This document shows positions 61,408 to 64,000 of a stretch of DNA of 64,000 nucleotides, piece by piece (the stretch's first letter is position 1; every line of letters begins with the position of its first letter). The DNA is from Sminthopsis crassicaudata (taxonomy: Eukaryota). Both the position numbers and the translations under genes were made by a program. The stretch is taken from positions 148,242,001 to 148,306,000 of the forward strand of contig NC_133622.1 of NCBI RefSeq assembly GCF_048593235.1, written 5' to 3'. The notes beneath the pieces were generated by a model. The model saw only the letters and a program-made list of their open reading frames with translations. It had not been told where the DNA came from and did no database searches.

Positions 61408-61631
61408 CTGCTGGTCATTTCTTACAGAACAATAATATTTCATAACATTCATATACCACAACTTATTCAGCCATTCTCCAATGGATGGGCATCCATTCAA
61501 TTTCCAGTTTCTAGCCACTACAAAGAGGGCTGCCACAAACATTTTTGCACACACAGGTCCCTTCCCCTTCTTTAAGATCTTTTTGGGATATAAGCCCAGT
61601 AGTAACACTGCTGGATCAAAGGGTATGCACA

Positions 61632-63853
61632 TATTGTACTAGAAACGCTAGCCTCGGCAATAAGAGCCGAAAAAGACATTCAAGGAATTAGAGTAGGTAA
61701 TGAAGAAATCAAACTATCACTCTTTGCAGATGACATGATGGTATACTTAGAGAACCCCAAAGATTCTGCTAAAAAGCTATTAGAAATAATTCAGAACTTT
61801 AGCAAAGTTTCAGGATACAAAATAAATCCACATAAATCCTCAGCATTTTTATATATTACCAACACTATCCAACAGCAAGAAATACAAAGAGAAATTTCAT
61901 TCAAAATAATGGTTGATAGTATAAAATATTTGGGAACATATCTACCAAAGGAAAGTCAGGAATTATATGAGCAAAATTACAAAACACTTGCCACAAAAAT
62001 AAAGTCAGATTTAAATAATTGGAAAGACATTTAGTGCTCTTGGATAGTCCGAGAAAATATAATCAAGATGGCAATACTCCCTAAACTAATCTATTTATTT
62101 AGTGCTATACCAATCAGACTCCCAAGAAACTATTTTAATGACCTAGAAAGAATAACAACAAAATTCATATGGAAGAACAAAAGGTTGAGAATTTCAAGAG
62201 AAGTAATGGAAAAAAAAATCAAATGAAGGTGGCCTAGCTGTACCTGATCTAGAACTATATTATAAAGCAGCAGTCAGCAAAACTTTTGGTATTGGCTAAG
62301 AAATAGACTAGTTGATCAGTGGAATAGGTTAGGTTCACAGGGCAAGATAATGAATAAAAATAGCAATCTAGTGTTTGACAAACCCAAACATCCCAACTTT
62401 TGGGATAAGAATATTCATTATTTGACAAAAACTGCTGGGAAAACTGGAAATTAATATGGCAGAAACTAGGCATGGACCCACATTTAATACCACATACTAA
62501 GATAAGATCAAAATGGGTCCATGATTTAGGCATAAAGAAAGAGATCATAAATAAATTAGAGGAACATAGGATAGTTTACCTCTCAGACTTGTGGAGGAAG
62601 AAGGAATTTGTGACCAAAGGAGAACTAGAGATCATTATTGATCACAAAATAGAAAATTTTGATTACATCAAATTAAAAAGCTTTTGCACAAACAAAACTA
62701 ATGCAAGCAAGATTAGAAGGGTAGTAACAAAGTGGGAAAACATTTTTACAGTTAAAGGTTCTGATAAAGGCCTCATCTCCAAAATATACAGAGAATTGAC
62801 TCTAATTTATAAGAAATCAAGCCATTCTCCAATTAATAAATGGTCAAAGGATATGAACAGACAATTTTCAGATGGTGAAATTGAAACTATTTCCACTCAT
62901 ATGAAAGAGTGTTCCAAATCACTATTGATCAGAGAAATGCAAATTAAGACAACTCTGAGATACCACTACATACCTGTCAGATTGGCTAAGATGACAGGAA
63001 CAAATAATGATGAATGTTGGAAGGGCTGTGGGAAAACTGGGACACTGATGCATTGTTGGTGGAGTTGTGAAAGAATCCAACCATTCTGGAGAGCAATCTG
63101 GAATTATGCCCCCAAAGTTATCAAAATGTGCATACTCTTTGACCCAGCAGTGCTACTACTGGGCTTATATCCCAAGGAAATACTAAAGAAGGGTAAGGGA
63201 CCTGTATGTGCCAAAATGTTTGTGGCAGCTTTTTTTGTAGTGGTTAGAAACTGGAAAATGAATGGATGCCCATCAATTGGAGAATGGTTGGGTAAACTAT
63301 AGTATATGAATTTTATGGAATATTATTGTTCTGTAAGAAATGACCAACAGGATGAATACAGAGAGGCTTGGAGAGACTTACATAAACTGATGCTGAGTGA
63401 AATGAGCAGAACTAGGAGATCATTATACACGTCAACAATGATACTGTGTGAGGATGTATTCTGATGGAAGTGAATATCTTCAACATAGAGAACAGCTAAT
63501 CCAATTCCAATTGATCAATGATGGACAGAATCAGCTATACCCAGAAAAGGAACACTGGGAAATGAGTGTAAACTGTTAGCATTTTTTTTCTCCCCAGATT
63601 ATTTTTACCTTTCAAATTCAATTCTTCCTTTGCAACAACAACAACAATAAAATTCGGTTCTGCACATATATATTGTACCTAGGATATTATAACATATTTA
63701 ATATGTATGGGAATGCCTGCCATCTAGGGGAGGAGGTGGAGGGAAGGAGGGGAAAAATTCGGAACAGAAGGAAGTACAAGGGATAATGTTGTAAAAAATC
63801 ACCTATGCATATGTACTGTCAAAAAATGTTATAATTATAAGATTAATAAAAAA
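61632..63853 (+). mobile_element. Nested 5'-truncated L1 (2.2 kb; RT C-terminal part, Cys-rich domain, 3' UTR), ORF2 disrupted
   Basis: ORFs 61735-62034 (after FADD; YLENPKDSAKKLL...GYKINPHKS) and 62472-63302 (276 aa, CWKGCGKTGTLMHCWWSC). 15-bp TSD CAAAGGGTATGCACA (61617-61631) / CAAAGGGTATTCACA (63854-63868). Confidence 0.95.
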
Positions 63854-64000
63854 CAAAGGGTATTCACAGTTTGATAACTTTTTGAACATAGTTCCAAATT
63901 GCTCTCCAGAATGGTTGGATCTGTTCACAGTTCCACCAACAATGTATCAGTGTCCCAGTTTTCCCACATCCTCTCCAACATTCATCATTATCATTTTCTG

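Larger units (their letters stand above)
59951..64000 (-). mobile_element. Host L1 (3' UTR + ORF2 C-terminus) split into 59951-60487, 61408-61631 and 63854-64000 by two nested insertions
   Basis: The three pieces join into one continuous L1 of the 27541-28631 family once the TSD-bounded inserts are removed. It runs off the window end. Confidence 0.88.

Noticed and set aside
61735-63302. L1 ORF2 pieces as a functional gene or active L1
   Set aside because: The copy is 5'-truncated and has stops and frameshifts between the ORFs.
1481-64000. Excess of minus-strand L1 copies (13 vs 5) as evidence of a plus-strand host transcript
   Set aside because: Only a weak trend (two-sided binomial p about 0.1), and at least four LTRs with poly(A) signals lie on the plus strand, which argues the other way.
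1-64000. CRISPR arrays, rRNA, intact tRNA genes, operons
   Set aside because: This is mammalian DNA with no repeat-spacer arrays. tRNA-like sequences are only decayed SINE heads.

Overview
Eukaryotic, AT-rich, repeat-dense genomic DNA from a marsupial. The repeat content (MAR1-type CORE-SINEs with RTE-like tails, WSINE-like SINEs, RTE LINEs, marsupial-type L1 3' ends) resembles Australian/dasyurid marsupial genomes, but the species cannot be fixed from the sequence. The only supportable protein-coding gene is DDIT4L (REDD2/RTP801L) on the minus strand. It has a TATA-containing CpG-island promoter near 54.1 kb, a non-coding exon 1, coding exons 53228-53315 and 50954-51441 (191 aa when spliced), and a ~2.5-kb 3' UTR ending near 48.4 kb. 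The rest is intergenic sequence made of L1/HAL1-type, L2, RTE and L3 LINEs, CORE-SINEs, solo LTRs, two DNA-transposon MITEs, a U6 snRNA pseudogene, microsatellites and three assembly gaps. I found no prokaryotic features, CRISPR arrays or convincing non-retroviral viral insertions, and no clearly new biological system. The most unusual signals are in mobile-element architecture: an L1 3' transduction bounded by a target-site duplication (TSD) at 60.5-61.4 kb; two unrelated LTRs integrated at essentially the same nucleotide of two separate L1 ORF1 copies; two L1 copies sharing the same ORF2 deletion junction; and a CpG-preserved MIR with an intact Pol III B-box in DDIT4L intron 1. Repeat family names are from recalled consensus features, not a database search. 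Repeat boundaries without TSDs are approximate.
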